NCBI GenBank assembly: GCA_963665665.1 | Contig: OY762428.1 | Location: forward strand, 3,072,001-3,136,000 | Direction: 5' to 3' | Source: Candidatus Kapaibacterium sp. | GTDB taxonomy: Bacteria > Bacteroidota > Ignavibacteria > Kapaibacteriales > UBA2268 | Length of the DNA: 64,000 nucleotides | Shown here: positions 18,510 through 28,465 of the stretch, piece by piece | Layout: the number at the start of each line of letters is the position of its first letter | Numbering within the stretch: position 1 is the first letter of the stretch | The notes under the pieces: generated by a model | What the model was told of the DNA's origin: nothing | Seen by the model: only the letters and a program-made list of their open reading frames with translations | Database searches by the model: none | Translations under genes and position numbers: made by a program

Positions 18510-19736
18510 TTATTTCCGGACAACAATTTTCCGGACAATATTAGAATTATTAAAATTGACGATCATCATGTAAATCCCGGAACTATGGTTTTCAAATCCG
18601 GGATTAAATTCATTCCGGCCTGCTGATAATTCAGTTGAATACCTTTTCACCATCCTGCCTGATATATCGATCAATGCAATATTTGCCCTGCCGGCAATAT
18701 TACTTTCAAGAATTACGAACGGATTTGCCGAGAAATTTGAAAACACCCTGGCATTAACAAGGCCGCTGATATCATTATCCATAACGCCCAGAATCGAACC
18801 TTCGATGAAATGACGTTTTGAGTTCTGCCAGTCGTTATCTTCCCAGTTCTTATTTTCCAACCAATAAAGTCCGTTATCATTGTAATAGTGGAATGTCCCT
18901 TCCTTCTTTTGCCAGGCTGATCCGTCCCATAACATCTCAATGATTTCATCATATTTGTCATCATCATTATAGGTATATAATATTTTTTTTGAATAGGACC
19001 AGGAACTGTTGTCATAGTTTTCGGTCAGTCTTTCGCTAATCAGCTTCTCTTTCAGGTAAGTATTGGTTCTCCGACTGCTTTCAACCCATTCCTGGTTAAC
19101 ATCATCCCAGTCATGATATGTTCTGGTTTGTTCTCTGCTGTTATCATCGTAGGTAACAGTTTCTTTTCCGGAGTTGAGCCATTCATCGTCAAAGAGGTAC
19201 ATTTCATCAACAATTTCAATTTCCCTGTTTTTACTGTCATATGAATAAGTCAGACGATAAAATTCCTCCCAAATATCCACATTACCAAAATATGAGGTTT
19301 CTTTTTCCAAAAGTTTTTTTGAATTATAAGTGTATTCTGCTTTGTAGGAATATTCCCACTCTGTTCCGTTCCACTGGTAGGTAACTTCAGAAATAACCTG
19401 GCTATTATTATTGTATTCAATTTCAGTTTCGTTATAATCTTTCCATTCAGAATCCTCATAGTTTTGAATTGCAATCAAAGTATTGTTTCCATTGTCATCA
19501 TATTCAAACACAATCCTGTAGTCAGGAATCCAATCAGAACCGTCCCATTTTTCATTAACAGTTTGTGCCACTTTATTGTCCATGTTCTTTGTTTCGTTTA
19601 CCCTTGATACGTTCAGCCAGTCTGAATCAGTCCATTCCTGTGTAACCCATGGCTTGGGAGATGATTGAGCCTGAAGTTCAATTGAAATGCCGAATAAATA
19701 TGTAACAAAAAGCAGCAAAATTGTAAAATATTTCAT
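18510..19736 (-). CDS. Secreted Trp/Tyr-rich repeat protein with T9SS-type C-terminal sorting domain
   Basis: Signal peptide; about 30-aa repeats W.G..W....K..Y.Y; CTD-like end IDISGRMVK...SSGIYMMIV...KIVVRK. Confidence 0.7.
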   Translation of the reverse strand: MKYFTILLLFVTYLFGISIELQAQSSPKPWVTQEWTDSDWLNVSRVNETKNMDNKVAQTVNEKWDGSDWIPDYRIVFEYDDNGNNTLIAIQNYEDSEWKDYNETEIEYNNNSQVISEVTYQWNGTEWEYSYKAEYTYNSKKLLEKETSYFGNVDIWEEFYRLTYSYDSKNREIEIVDEMYLFDDEWLNSGKETVTYDDNSREQTRTYHDWDDVNQEWVESSRRTNTYLKEKLISERLTENYDNSSWSYSKKILYTYNDDDKYDEIIEMLWDGSAWQKKEGTFHYYNDNGLYWLENKNWEDNDWQNSKRHFIEGSILGVMDNDISGLVNARVFSNFSANPFVILESNIAGRANIALIDISGRMVKRYSTELSAGRNEFNPGFENHSSGIYMMIVNFNNSNIVRKIVVRK

Positions 19737-19923
19737 AACAGTTCTCCGGATAATATTTTAATATTTTATTATTTTTAATATAATAATATTTTCCGACTAT
19801 AGTATAAAACTTTTGATACTAAATACACGGCATTATCAATTTTGTATAATTATGAAAACATTTTGGATACAAAATTAGGTTAATCTAAAAAAGTTCTTGC
19901 CGAGCCGAATATAGTTTTTTATT

Positions 19924-22119
19924 ATGAAAAAAGAATTGTTATTACAGGAGAATAACATGTTTCTACAGAAAATATTTCCTTTTCTGAATTGGTTCAGAAA
20001 CTACAGTATTCAAAATTTTAAATTAGATATCGTATCGGGCCTTACGGTTGCTCTTGTCATTATCCCCCAGTCAATGGCTTATGCACAGCTTGCCGGGCTG
20101 CCGGTTCATTACGGGCTATACGCATCGCTCATACCCCCGCTTATAGCGGCTTTGTTCGGATCAAGCCGCCAGCTTGCCACGGGGCCTGTGGCCATAGTGT
20201 CGCTGATGACGGCGGCAACCCTCGAACCATTGGCCACCGCCGGATCATCAGAATATATTATGTATGCTATTGTGCTGGCTCTTGTTGTCGGGGTGTTTCA
20301 GCTATTGCTGGGAATAATAAAGCTGGGATTGATAATAAACCTTCTCAGCCACCCGGTTGTGAACGGTTTTTCCAATGCAGCGGCAATCATCATTGCATCA
20401 TCGCAGCTGTCAAAGTTATTTGGTGTTTACGTTGATAATGCTCCCCACCACTACGAAACCATATACAACGTTGTTGTGGCAGCTTTTGATTTCACGCACC
20501 TGCCAACTCTCGGAATAGGCCTTCTGTCAATTGCTATTATGATATTCTTTAAGAAATTTTTTCCCAAACTGCCCTATGTTCTTATAGCAGTTGTTATAAC
20601 AACATTGATATCCTACTTCGCCGGATTCGAAAATAATTTAGAAACATCAATCGATAAACTATCCGACAATAATACTAAAGAAAAAATTCTTGACTTCAAT
20701 CGGAATGTTGACCTATTGGCAGAACAAAACAATGCCATCAAGCAAATAAATATTCAAATTGATTCACTGCATGAAGTCAATAATAAAGAAATGCTCTTCC
20801 AAAAAGAGCAGGAATACGAAAGGCTTGCATTTAAAAAAGAAGAGACAAAATTGGAAATTCGCCGTTTGAGGGCTGAACTCAGAGATATTAAAATGTATTT
20901 AACCGGCGATGTTGAAAACAACAAAAATCTTAATTTTATTACTAAAAATGCTACAAATGAACAATTATCAGCCGATGGCAACATCTGGAGAATAAAAGTA
21001 GGCTACGGAAAGATTGATCCCGCTGCAATAAAAATGACCGGAGGAGGAGCAGTTGTGGGGCATATACCCGAAGGTCTCCCGGCCATGGTTGTTCCGGAGG
21101 TAAATTCTTCGATATTCTTCAAGCTGCTTCCTTCAGCCATTATAATATCACTTCTTGGATTCATGGAAGCAATAGCTATTGCCAAAGCAATGGCATCCAA
21201 AACAGGACAGAAAATTGATACCGATCAGGAACTTATCGGGCAGGGCCTTGGTAATATCCTTGGTGCATTCGGAGGCAGTTATCCCGTATCAGGCTCTTTC
21301 TCACGCAGCGCCGTAAACCTTGCGTCCGGTGCTGTTTCCGGGCTTTCAAGTGCTTTTACCAGCATCATTGTTGCCATTACTTTGCTATTTCTGACATCGC
21401 TGCTTTATTACCTGCCCCAATCGGTACTTGCGTCTATAATTATGATGGCAGTTATAGGGCTTGTAAATGTGAAAGGCTTTGTTCATGCCTGGAGAGCTAA
21501 AAAGTACGATGGTGTTATTTCCGTTATGGCGTTTATTGTTACACTTCTGTCAGCGCCTCATCTTGAAAAGGGTATTTATCTCGGCGTAGCCCTGTCAGTA
21601 GGAATATTCCTTTACAAGAGCATGAGGCCGAAGATCAGTACACTGTCCAGGCATCCGGATCTCAGCTTGCAGGACAGTGAATCCTACCAGCTTGAGGAAT
21701 GCCAATATACAACACTAATCCGCTTTGGCGGCCCGCTGATATTTGCTAATGCAAATTATCTTGAAGAAGAAGTGAATAAGAGAATGAGAAAGAAGAAAGA
21801 ACTCAGGCATATTATAATTGTGTGTAACGGTATAAACGATATGGATGCTTCGGGCGAGGAAGCACTTGGGCTTCTGGTTGAAAGGGTTCGCAGCGGCGGA
21901 TATGATATTGTGTTCAGCGGTTTGAACGAAACAATTCTGGACATGATGAAACGTACTTATTTATACGAGAAGATTGGTAAAGAAAACATTTTCCCGACTA
22001 TGGAAAGAGCAATATCCTACATATTGTATCATAACCACGGGGATCATCTGGAAGAACAGTGCCCGCTTCTTGCCATGCATCACTTTATGGATGAAAAAAT
22101 TAATTCGGGAGTAAGATAG
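19924..22119 (+). CDS. SulP/SLC26 family anion permease with STAS domain and a large soluble insertion (start likely 19957)
   Basis: GLTVALVIIPQSMAYAQLAGLP..YGLY, SRQLATGPVA, NQE-like DQELIGQG, GSFSRSAVN, C-terminal STAS (FANA...DASG). Confidence 0.92.
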   Translation: MKKELLLQENNMFLQKIFPFLNWFRNYSIQNFKLDIVSGLTVALVIIPQSMAYAQLAGLPVHYGLYASLIPPLIAALFGSSRQLATGPVAIVSLMTAATLEPLATAGSSEYIMYAIVLALVVGVFQLLLGIIKLGLIINLLSHPVVNGFSNAAAIIIASSQLSKLFGVYVDNAPHHYETIYNVVVAAFDFTHLPTLGIGLLSIAIMIFFKKFFPKLPYVLIAVVITTLISYFAGFENNLETSIDKLSDNNTKEKILDFNRNVDLLAEQNNAIKQINIQIDSLHEVNNKEMLFQKEQEYERLAFKKEETKLEIRRLRAELRDIKMYLTGDVENNKNLNFITKNATNEQLSADGNIWRIKVGYGKIDPAAIKMTGGGAVVGHIPEGLPAMVVPEVNSSIFFKLLPSAIIISLLGFMEAIAIAKAMASKTGQKIDTDQELIGQGLGNILGAFGGSYPVSGSFSRSAVNLASGAVSGLSSAFTSIIVAITLLFLTSLLYYLPQSVLASIIMMAVIGLVNVKGFVHAWRAKKYDGVISVMAFIVTLLSAPHLEKGIYLGVALSVGIFLYKSMRPKISTLSRHPDLSLQDSESYQLEECQYTTLIRFGGPLIFANANYLEEEVNKRMRKKKELRHIIIVCNGINDMDASGEEALGLLVERVRSGGYDIVFSGLNETILDMMKRTYLYEKIGKENIFPTMERAISYILYHNHGDHLEEQCPLLAMHHFMDEKINSGVR

Positions 22120-23325
22120 ATGTCAATAATCACAATACTTAGCGCAAAATATTGTCCGGACGGGACAATAATTAAAAAAATTGCTTCAGAATTCGAATAT
22201 GAAATATTCAACGATGAGGATATTATCAGTAAGGCTTCGGCTTTTACCGGAATCAGCGTTAACAGGATAAATGCAGTTCTTAACCGTGAGATTTCCATAT
22301 TTAACCGTTTTTCTCATGAAAAAGAAAAAACCCTGGCAGGCCTTAAGGCAGTTCTGTCTGATATTATCCAAAAGGACAAGTTAATTATTTCAGGCCTGAC
22401 CGGCCAGATGATACCGAAGGGAATTTCTCACTGCCTGTCTGTTTGTATTACTTCAGATTTGAAGGTCAGGATAGAAAATGCCCTTAGCTCGGGACAGAGT
22501 GAGAAGGAATCAAGAAAAACAATTGAAAAAGAAGACTCCAAACATGCACACTGGATTAATGAATTCTTCGGCAAAAAAGATCCATACGATCCAACACTAT
22601 ATGATATATTATTTCCGTTGAATCCAAATAACGGCGATGAGCTTTTTCAACTGATTAAAAAATCCCTTCCTGTATTGAAAAAGACTAAAGTCTCAGGGCG
22701 GATAATTAATGATTTTGTCCTTGAATCAGAAATTGAAAACCTTCTGATCGAGGAAGGGCATTTTGTTGATGTTTGTTCAAATGAAGGAAATATTACACTT
22801 ACAATAAACAAAAATGTACTTAATCCCGGCAAACTGGAAGAAGAACTAAAATCATTAATCAGCGGGCTGGATAAAGTAAAGTCAGTTAATACAGAGATTG
22901 GAAAGAACTTCTACCAGGCCGATATCTACAGGCCATATAATTTTGAAATGCCGGAAAAAGTTCTTCTGGTTGATGATGAGAAAGATTTCGTTCAGACACT
23001 GTCAGAACGCCTGCTGATGAGGGATATGGGATCGGTTGTTGCTTACGACGGCGAATCTGCCCTTGACATTGTAGATAAAGAAGAACCGGAAGTTATAGTT
23101 CTTGACCTTAGAATGCCAGGAATGAGCGGAATAGAAGTATTAAAAGAGGTGAAAGAAAAGTATAATAATGTTGAGATTATTATACTTACGGGCCATGGGT
23201 CTGAAAAGGACAAAGAAATTTGTATGAAACTTGGCGCATTTGCATACCTGCAAAAACCTGTAAATATCGATGTCCTCAGTAAAACAATGAAGGATGCTTA
23301 TAAGAAAGTAAATTCAAAAAAATAA
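22120..23325 (+). CDS. Cytidylate-kinase-like domain plus C-terminal response-regulator receiver fusion
   Basis: N-terminal cytidylate kinase-like family features (DPTLYD); receiver LLVDDE...LDLRMPGMSG...LTGHG...YLQKP. Confidence 0.8.
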   Translation: MSIITILSAKYCPDGTIIKKIASEFEYEIFNDEDIISKASAFTGISVNRINAVLNREISIFNRFSHEKEKTLAGLKAVLSDIIQKDKLIISGLTGQMIPKGISHCLSVCITSDLKVRIENALSSGQSEKESRKTIEKEDSKHAHWINEFFGKKDPYDPTLYDILFPLNPNNGDELFQLIKKSLPVLKKTKVSGRIINDFVLESEIENLLIEEGHFVDVCSNEGNITLTINKNVLNPGKLEEELKSLISGLDKVKSVNTEIGKNFYQADIYRPYNFEMPEKVLLVDDEKDFVQTLSERLLMRDMGSVVAYDGESALDIVDKEEPEVIVLDLRMPGMSGIEVLKEVKEKYNNVEIIILTGHGSEKDKEICMKLGAFAYLQKPVNIDVLSKTMKDAYKKVNSKK

Positions 23326-23326
23326 A

Positions 23327-25045
23327 ATGACCACATTCAGAAAAATATTGGACAGGATTTTCTACGATACCGGAATCAACGATTTCAAGGATAAACATTT
23401 ATTCAATATCAAAAGAGCCTGGAAAGTTCTGTTCTTCTTTACATCCGGGGTAGCGATTCTGCCTCTGGTTTTCTTTGCATATCTTGACTATCAGATAACC
23501 GAGCAGTCACTTAATTCAGAGATACACGGAACTACAACCCGATTGTCTTTGAACCTGCAAAGGTTTGTTTCGTATTACATTACCGAAAGGAAGCAGGCTC
23601 TGGATCTTCTTGTTCATGATCATTCTCTTGAAGAATTCGCCGAAAACAAAAAATTATCCGATCTTCTGAATAATCTGAAAAAGACTTTTGGTGGATTTAC
23701 AGATTTAGGAATAATAAATACAAAAGGTATTCAGATAGCTTATACAGGCCCCTACGAGCTAAAAGGCAAGGATTATTCACAGAGCGAATATTTTAATCTT
23801 GCCAAATACCAGGGGTATAGCATAAGCAATGTATTTCTCGGAAACAGGAACGTCCCCCACCTGGCAATCTCGGTGAAAAGAGAATTGAACGATTCAAGTT
23901 TCTTTATACTCCGCGCAACAATGGAAGAATCTTTTATTAATTTGATCAGGGAAATTGAAGTTAGCAAAAACAGCGACGCTTTTTTGATCAATAAAGATAA
24001 TATTTTGCAAACTAATTCAAATCTTTATGGCAAGGCAATGGTCATAGCCAAACCAGACCTTGCAACCCAATCAAAACAGGGTATAGAGGAAATCAGAATC
24101 AATTCCGAGGCTTATTATATCAGCCGCCAGGTTATCAAAGACACCCCGTTTATCCTTATTGTCCTCCAGCATATTGAACAACTGAATGAACCCTGGAAAC
24201 AGGCTAAACATAATCTTATTCAATATTTGATTATTAGTGTCATAATTATTTTATTATGGATTTACTGGGTAACCAATTACATATTGAAAAACCTGAAGAT
24301 AATTGATGAAAGAAGAATAAGAAATATGCACATGGCCGAACACGCAAGCAGGATGGCTTCCATAGGAAAGCTTGCTGCAGGTGTTGCTCATGAAATAAAC
24401 AATCCGCTTGCAATTATCAACGAAAAAGCCGGCTATGTTCTGGATAAATTCAAAATAGTAAAGGATTATCAAGACGATCCCAAAGTAATAAAAACCCTGG
24501 AATCCATAGTTGAAAATGTGGAAAGGTGTGGTAAAATTACGAAAAGGTTGCTTAGATTTTCACGGCAGGACCAGATAAACATTGTTTCTATCAATTTTAC
24601 GGAACTGGTGAACGGCCTTCTGGAATTTGTGAAAAAAGAAGCTGAATACAGAAAAATTGAGTTTGATGTTTCCATTGAGGATGATTTCCCGATAATAAAA
24701 ACAGACAAAGGGAAACTGGAACAGATAATGCTAAACCTGATAAATAATTCAATAGATGCCATGCCTCTGGGCGGCAAGCTATCGATCGAAGCCAGAAAAG
24801 GCGATAAAGAATTTGTAAGAATATCTGTAATCGACAGTGGAATCGGAATTCCTGAGAAAAACCTGCAAAAAATATTCGACCCCTACTTCACTACTAAATC
24901 AGAAAAGGATGGTACTGGCCTCGGGTTGTCAATTACAATATCCCTTGTCAATGAACTAGGAGGTAAGATCAAAGTGAGAAGCGAAAGATTAAAATTCACG
25001 CGTTTTGACATGAAATTTCCCATTAATATCGACCAGGGGAATTAA
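23327..25045 (+). CDS. Membrane sensor histidine kinase with Cache-like periplasmic domain
   Basis: Two TM segments; H-box AGVAHEINNPL, N-box NLINNSIDAM, G1 DSGIGI, F-box FDPYFTTK, G2 GTGLGL. Confidence 0.92.
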   Translation: MTTFRKILDRIFYDTGINDFKDKHLFNIKRAWKVLFFFTSGVAILPLVFFAYLDYQITEQSLNSEIHGTTTRLSLNLQRFVSYYITERKQALDLLVHDHSLEEFAENKKLSDLLNNLKKTFGGFTDLGIINTKGIQIAYTGPYELKGKDYSQSEYFNLAKYQGYSISNVFLGNRNVPHLAISVKRELNDSSFFILRATMEESFINLIREIEVSKNSDAFLINKDNILQTNSNLYGKAMVIAKPDLATQSKQGIEEIRINSEAYYISRQVIKDTPFILIVLQHIEQLNEPWKQAKHNLIQYLIISVIIILLWIYWVTNYILKNLKIIDERRIRNMHMAEHASRMASIGKLAAGVAHEINNPLAIINEKAGYVLDKFKIVKDYQDDPKVIKTLESIVENVERCGKITKRLLRFSRQDQINIVSINFTELVNGLLEFVKKEAEYRKIEFDVSIEDDFPIIKTDKGKLEQIMLNLINNSIDAMPLGGKLSIEARKGDKEFVRISVIDSGIGIPEKNLQKIFDPYFTTKSEKDGTGLGLSITISLVNELGGKIKVRSERLKFTRFDMKFPINIDQGN

Positions 25046-25047
25046 TT

Positions 25048-25407
25048 ATGAAATTATTATTTATTGACGACGAAGAAGAACTTATTTCAACCATAGCAGA
25101 AAGGCTTGAATTCCGGGAAATTGATGCCGATTGGGTAACAAATCCTGAAAAAGCAGTTGATATGATTAAAAAGAAAAAGTACGATATTGCTATTGTTGAC
25201 GTAAAAATGCCGGGTACCAGCGGTTTCGAACTAAAGAAGAGACTTGAAGAAATTGATCCCGACCTTAAATATGTATTCATGACCGGCCACGGTTCAGAAC
25301 ATAATTTTAAAAAAGGCTGTTGCGAGGCTGGTGAAAGATATTACCTGCTGAAACCTGTGAATATTGAATATCTGCTGGAAGTAACAAATCAGTTAATGAA
25401 AGAGTAG
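25048..25407 (+). CDS. Single-domain response regulator
   Basis: FIDDE, VDVKMPGTSG, MTGHG, LLKP. Confidence 0.9.
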   Translation: MKLLFIDDEEELISTIAERLEFREIDADWVTNPEKAVDMIKKKKYDIAIVDVKMPGTSGFELKKRLEEIDPDLKYVFMTGHGSEHNFKKGCCEAGERYYLLKPVNIEYLLEVTNQLMKE

Positions 25408-25409
25408 GT

Positions 25410-26072
25410 GTGCTTATGGATAAATTTGAAAAATATATACATTATAATACCGGGCTTTCCTTTTTCGGAAAGATTTCCGCGTCAATTTCCCACGAACTGA
25501 AAAATTCGCTGGCCATACTTAATGAGAACTCCGGGCTTCTGTCTGATATGATATTAATGCAGGAAAAAGGTATGCCCCTGAATATGGAAAGGCTTGCTAA
25601 ATTGAACCGGGACCTGGAAAAACAAATTGACCGTTCAAACAATATAATTAATAACTTCAATTTCTTTTCACACTCGGCTGATGAAAAAATCAATGAGATT
25701 TCCTTTTCTGAATTTTCTTCCAAATATATTGCCCTGACAGAACGCCTGTACATTCAGAAAAGCATTCAGGCTAAATCTGAAACAAGCGCTGAAAATGTTG
25801 TTTTAAAAACAAGTGAATTTGCACTGCTTATGCTCCTGTGGCATATAATTGATGTAATGAATACCTCGATTGATCAGGATGTTTCTGTTATTATTGGAGC
25901 TTTTGCAGGCAAACTATCAGGCTGTGTGATAAAATGTGAGCAATTAAACAAATATGCCTTTGAAAATATCAAAAAATCAGTTATTATTAATTCGATATTA
26001 TCCGGGATGAATGCCGGTATCGAAATTGAAAACAGCAATATAATTATCCAGATTAATGATATACAGGAGTAA
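25410..26072 (+). CDS. Cytoplasmic HisKA-like protein with degenerate ATPase domain (possible phosphotransferase)
   Basis: H-box ASISHELKNSLAILNE present; no recognisable N/G1/G2 boxes. Confidence 0.65.
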   Translation: MLMDKFEKYIHYNTGLSFFGKISASISHELKNSLAILNENSGLLSDMILMQEKGMPLNMERLAKLNRDLEKQIDRSNNIINNFNFFSHSADEKINEISFSEFSSKYIALTERLYIQKSIQAKSETSAENVVLKTSEFALLMLLWHIIDVMNTSIDQDVSVIIGAFAGKLSGCVIKCEQLNKYAFENIKKSVIINSILSGMNAGIEIENSNIIIQINDIQE

Positions 26073-26077
26073 ACAAA

Positions 26078-26506
26078 ATGAACGAAAAAGTGCTTCTAAT
26101 TGATGACGAGCAGGATTTCGTTGATGTATTAAGCGAAAGGCTCAACAACAGGGAATTCCAGGTATCTGTTTCCACATCCCCGAAAAAAGGCCTTGAAATG
26201 GCATTAGACCAGAATTACGATGCTATTGTTCTCGACCTGAAAATGCCGGAAATGGACGGAATGGAAGTTTTAAAAAAAATAATTGATGAAAAACCGGAAA
26301 TGCAGGTTATCATTCTTTCAGGAAACGCTACCCTGGAAAAAGGTGTGAAAGCAGTTAAGCTTGGAGCCGTTGAAATAATGGAGAAACCTGTAAAGATCGA
26401 GAAACTTGTCGAGAAATTGAAAGATGCTCAGATGAATAAAATGATGATAGTCCAGGAGCAGATGTCGGACAAAATTAAATCTTTAATGGATTCCAAAGGC
26501 TGGTAA
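26078..26506 (+). CDS. Response regulator receiver protein
   Basis: LIDDE, LDLKMPEMDG, LSG, MEKP. Confidence 0.9.
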   Translation: MNEKVLLIDDEQDFVDVLSERLNNREFQVSVSTSPKKGLEMALDQNYDAIVLDLKMPEMDGMEVLKKIIDEKPEMQVIILSGNATLEKGVKAVKLGAVEIMEKPVKIEKLVEKLKDAQMNKMMIVQEQMSDKIKSLMDSKGW

Positions 26507-26730
26507 TCATTTCCATAAAAATAATAATCACCCCCTGAGAAATTTCCGGGGTATTAATTACATTTTATCTGTATACAAGATGTGCTATAATTCGAACAAA
26601 CCATTATAATCCTGTAGATTATAAGAAATGTACTGTAAGGCCGCGTTAACGCAATTCCTTGTGATTCATAAAAAGGAAGATAAAATTTATAAATTTTTTT
26701 TCCTTTTATTATGTTGGCTGAAAAAAAGAG

Positions 26731-26758
26731 TTGACAGATAAAAAACTTAACACATAAT
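26731..26758 (+). promoter_or_regulatory. Candidate sigma70-type promoter upstream of the HU gene
   Basis: TTGACA-N16-CATAAT. Confidence 0.35.
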
Positions 26759-26982
26759 ATATAATTATTACAAACATTAAGACCATTGTTTTTAATTAAT
26801 TACCCGAAAATCGAATATTCATCGTCAATCAACTCAATAAAATGGGAAAAAGTGTAAAATTTCCTGAAAATATTTGAATTTTACCCGGTTATGGAAATTT
26901 TTTGTTTTTTTGTTGTTTTACACTTTCTTAAATTTGTGTTCTTATAGAAAGGAAAGTTTTTTCAATAAATTTTAGGTTTGTT

Positions 26983-27285
26983 ATGACAAAAGCAGATATA
27001 GTTGACGAAATTGCTAAAGCAACCGGTTTGACAAAAATTGAAACAAAAGCAGTTGTGGACGGAGTATTTGCAAGTATCATCTCCGCTATAGCAGGCGGCA
27101 AGAGAATTGAATTAAGAGGATTCGGAGTATTCAAACATAAAAGCAGAAAACCAAGAATGGCCCGTAACCCTAAAACAGGCGACCTGGTTCCCCTGGAAAA
27201 AAGGTATGTACCGGTATTTAAGCCATCTCCGGACTTCCTGAAAAAAGTTAACGAAGCAATGAAAGAACAGTACGGGGAAAATTAA
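26983..27285 (+). CDS. HU/IHF family DNA-binding protein
   Basis: MTKADIV, IELRGFGVF, RMARNPKTG, PVFKPS. Confidence 0.95.
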   Translation: MTKADIVDEIAKATGLTKIETKAVVDGVFASIISAIAGGKRIELRGFGVFKHKSRKPRMARNPKTGDLVPLEKRYVPVFKPSPDFLKKVNEAMKEQYGEN

Positions 27286-27364
27286 TACCCGGCCATCTGT
27301 CCCGGGTAATTTGGAGCCCGGAAAAAATTTGAAAATTTTTCTCATTCAATAGAAAGGGTATTCA

Positions 27365-27457
27365 ATGCCTTGTGGTAAGAAAAGAAAACGCCATAAAATG
27401 TCTACGCACAAAAGGAAAAAAAGGCTGCGTAAAAACAGACATAAAAAAAGGAAATAA
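27365..27457 (+). CDS. Small basic ribosomal protein bS22-like (AURKAIP1/COX24 domain), 30 aa, not in the ORF track
   Basis: Translates MPCGKKRKRHKMSTHKRKKRLRKNRHKKRK*; preceded by GAAAGGG and followed by a terminator. Confidence 0.85.
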   Translation: MPCGKKRKRHKMSTHKRKKRLRKNRHKKRK

Positions 27458-27465
27458 GATTACGG

Positions 27466-27498
27466 CGTCCTGCTTTAAATATAAAGCAGGACGTTTTT
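27466..27498 (+). terminator. Rho-independent terminator after HU/bS22-like genes
   Basis: CGTCCTGCTTTA-AATA-TAAAGCAGGACG-TTTTT. Confidence 0.8.
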
Positions 27499-27598
27499 CA
27501 TTTCTCCGGAAATGATTTTTTTAATTTATATTTCTAAAGAATTCAGTGAATTATGCCGAAATATAACTTAAGAATAGATTTTTTTTTCGGAGTTAGAA

Positions 27599-27946
27599 AT
27601 GAAAGTACAAGCGATAAATAGTGTCCTCACTTCAGAAATCAAGCCGGTTTCGGAATTAAAAAAAACTGAAAATGAGGAAAAGAAAATTGAATGGCCTAAC
27701 GAAATTGGCCCCTTCAACCCAAAAGTTTTTAATAAAGTAGAACAATTTATGGATCTCGGAACAAGTTCCAAAGTAGATATGGAAGACCTTTCCAAATCAG
27801 AAAAAGACCTTTTCCTGAAAATATTGTCCAAACTTATGGAAGATGGTGTTGTTGGATATAAATATTTTGAAATTAAAGGAAAAATTGAAAAACATTTTGT
27901 TCTCAGCAACATGCAAAGTGATAGCAATAAAAAAGAATATGCATAA
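27599..27946 (+). CDS. Hypothetical protein
   Basis: 115-aa ORF preceded by GGAG; natural composition; no family recognised. Confidence 0.55.
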   Translation: MKVQAINSVLTSEIKPVSELKKTENEEKKIEWPNEIGPFNPKVFNKVEQFMDLGTSSKVDMEDLSKSEKDLFLKILSKLMEDGVVGYKYFEIKGKIEKHFVLSNMQSDSNKKEYA

Positions 27947-27993
27947 AAAAAGCGGACACCGGCCCGCTTAAACATTCATTAAAAAAAAATTCG

Positions 27994-28314
27994 TTAACGG
28001 CTTATATCCCTGTCGAGAATTGATTGTATTTTATCCATTTTTGATTTCATCCTTGAACCATCTGAATTCCTGTAGTCAACTTTTATAGAACTGTATACCC
28101 TGTTGCTCATTCCTTCCAGTTTTTTGAAGCACTGTGTAATTACCCCGAAAACTTCATCCCAGGAGCCTTCCAGAACCGTTCCCATAGGAGTTAGCTGATA
28201 TGTAACACCGCTTTTGTCAATTAAATCAATTATTTGCGACACGTATTTGCTGACGCTTTCACCTTTATCTGTTGGAAACATCGAAAATTCACATAATACC
28301 ATAATATTGTCCAA
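27994..28314 (-). CDS. MTH1187/YkoF-like thiamine-binding protein (start probably 28302)
   Basis: EFSMFP...SVSKYV...SG..YQLTPMGTVLEG.WDEV...RV...IKVDYR. Confidence 0.85.
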   Translation of the reverse strand: MDNIMVLCEFSMFPTDKGESVSKYVSQIIDLIDKSGVTYQLTPMGTVLEGSWDEVFGVITQCFKKLEGMSNRVYSSIKVDYRNSDGSRMKSKMDKIQSILDRDISR

Positions 28315-28465
28315 TAAAATTTAAACAAGCAAATATCCAATTATAATCCAATTTAATGAAAATGCATATATTCTCTATGAAATTTGTTCAAGGGCAGAAT
28401 ATTTATACTTGAAATGTTCGATCTCAATTTCGATTAAACTATATTTATTTAGTAATGTCTAAGCT

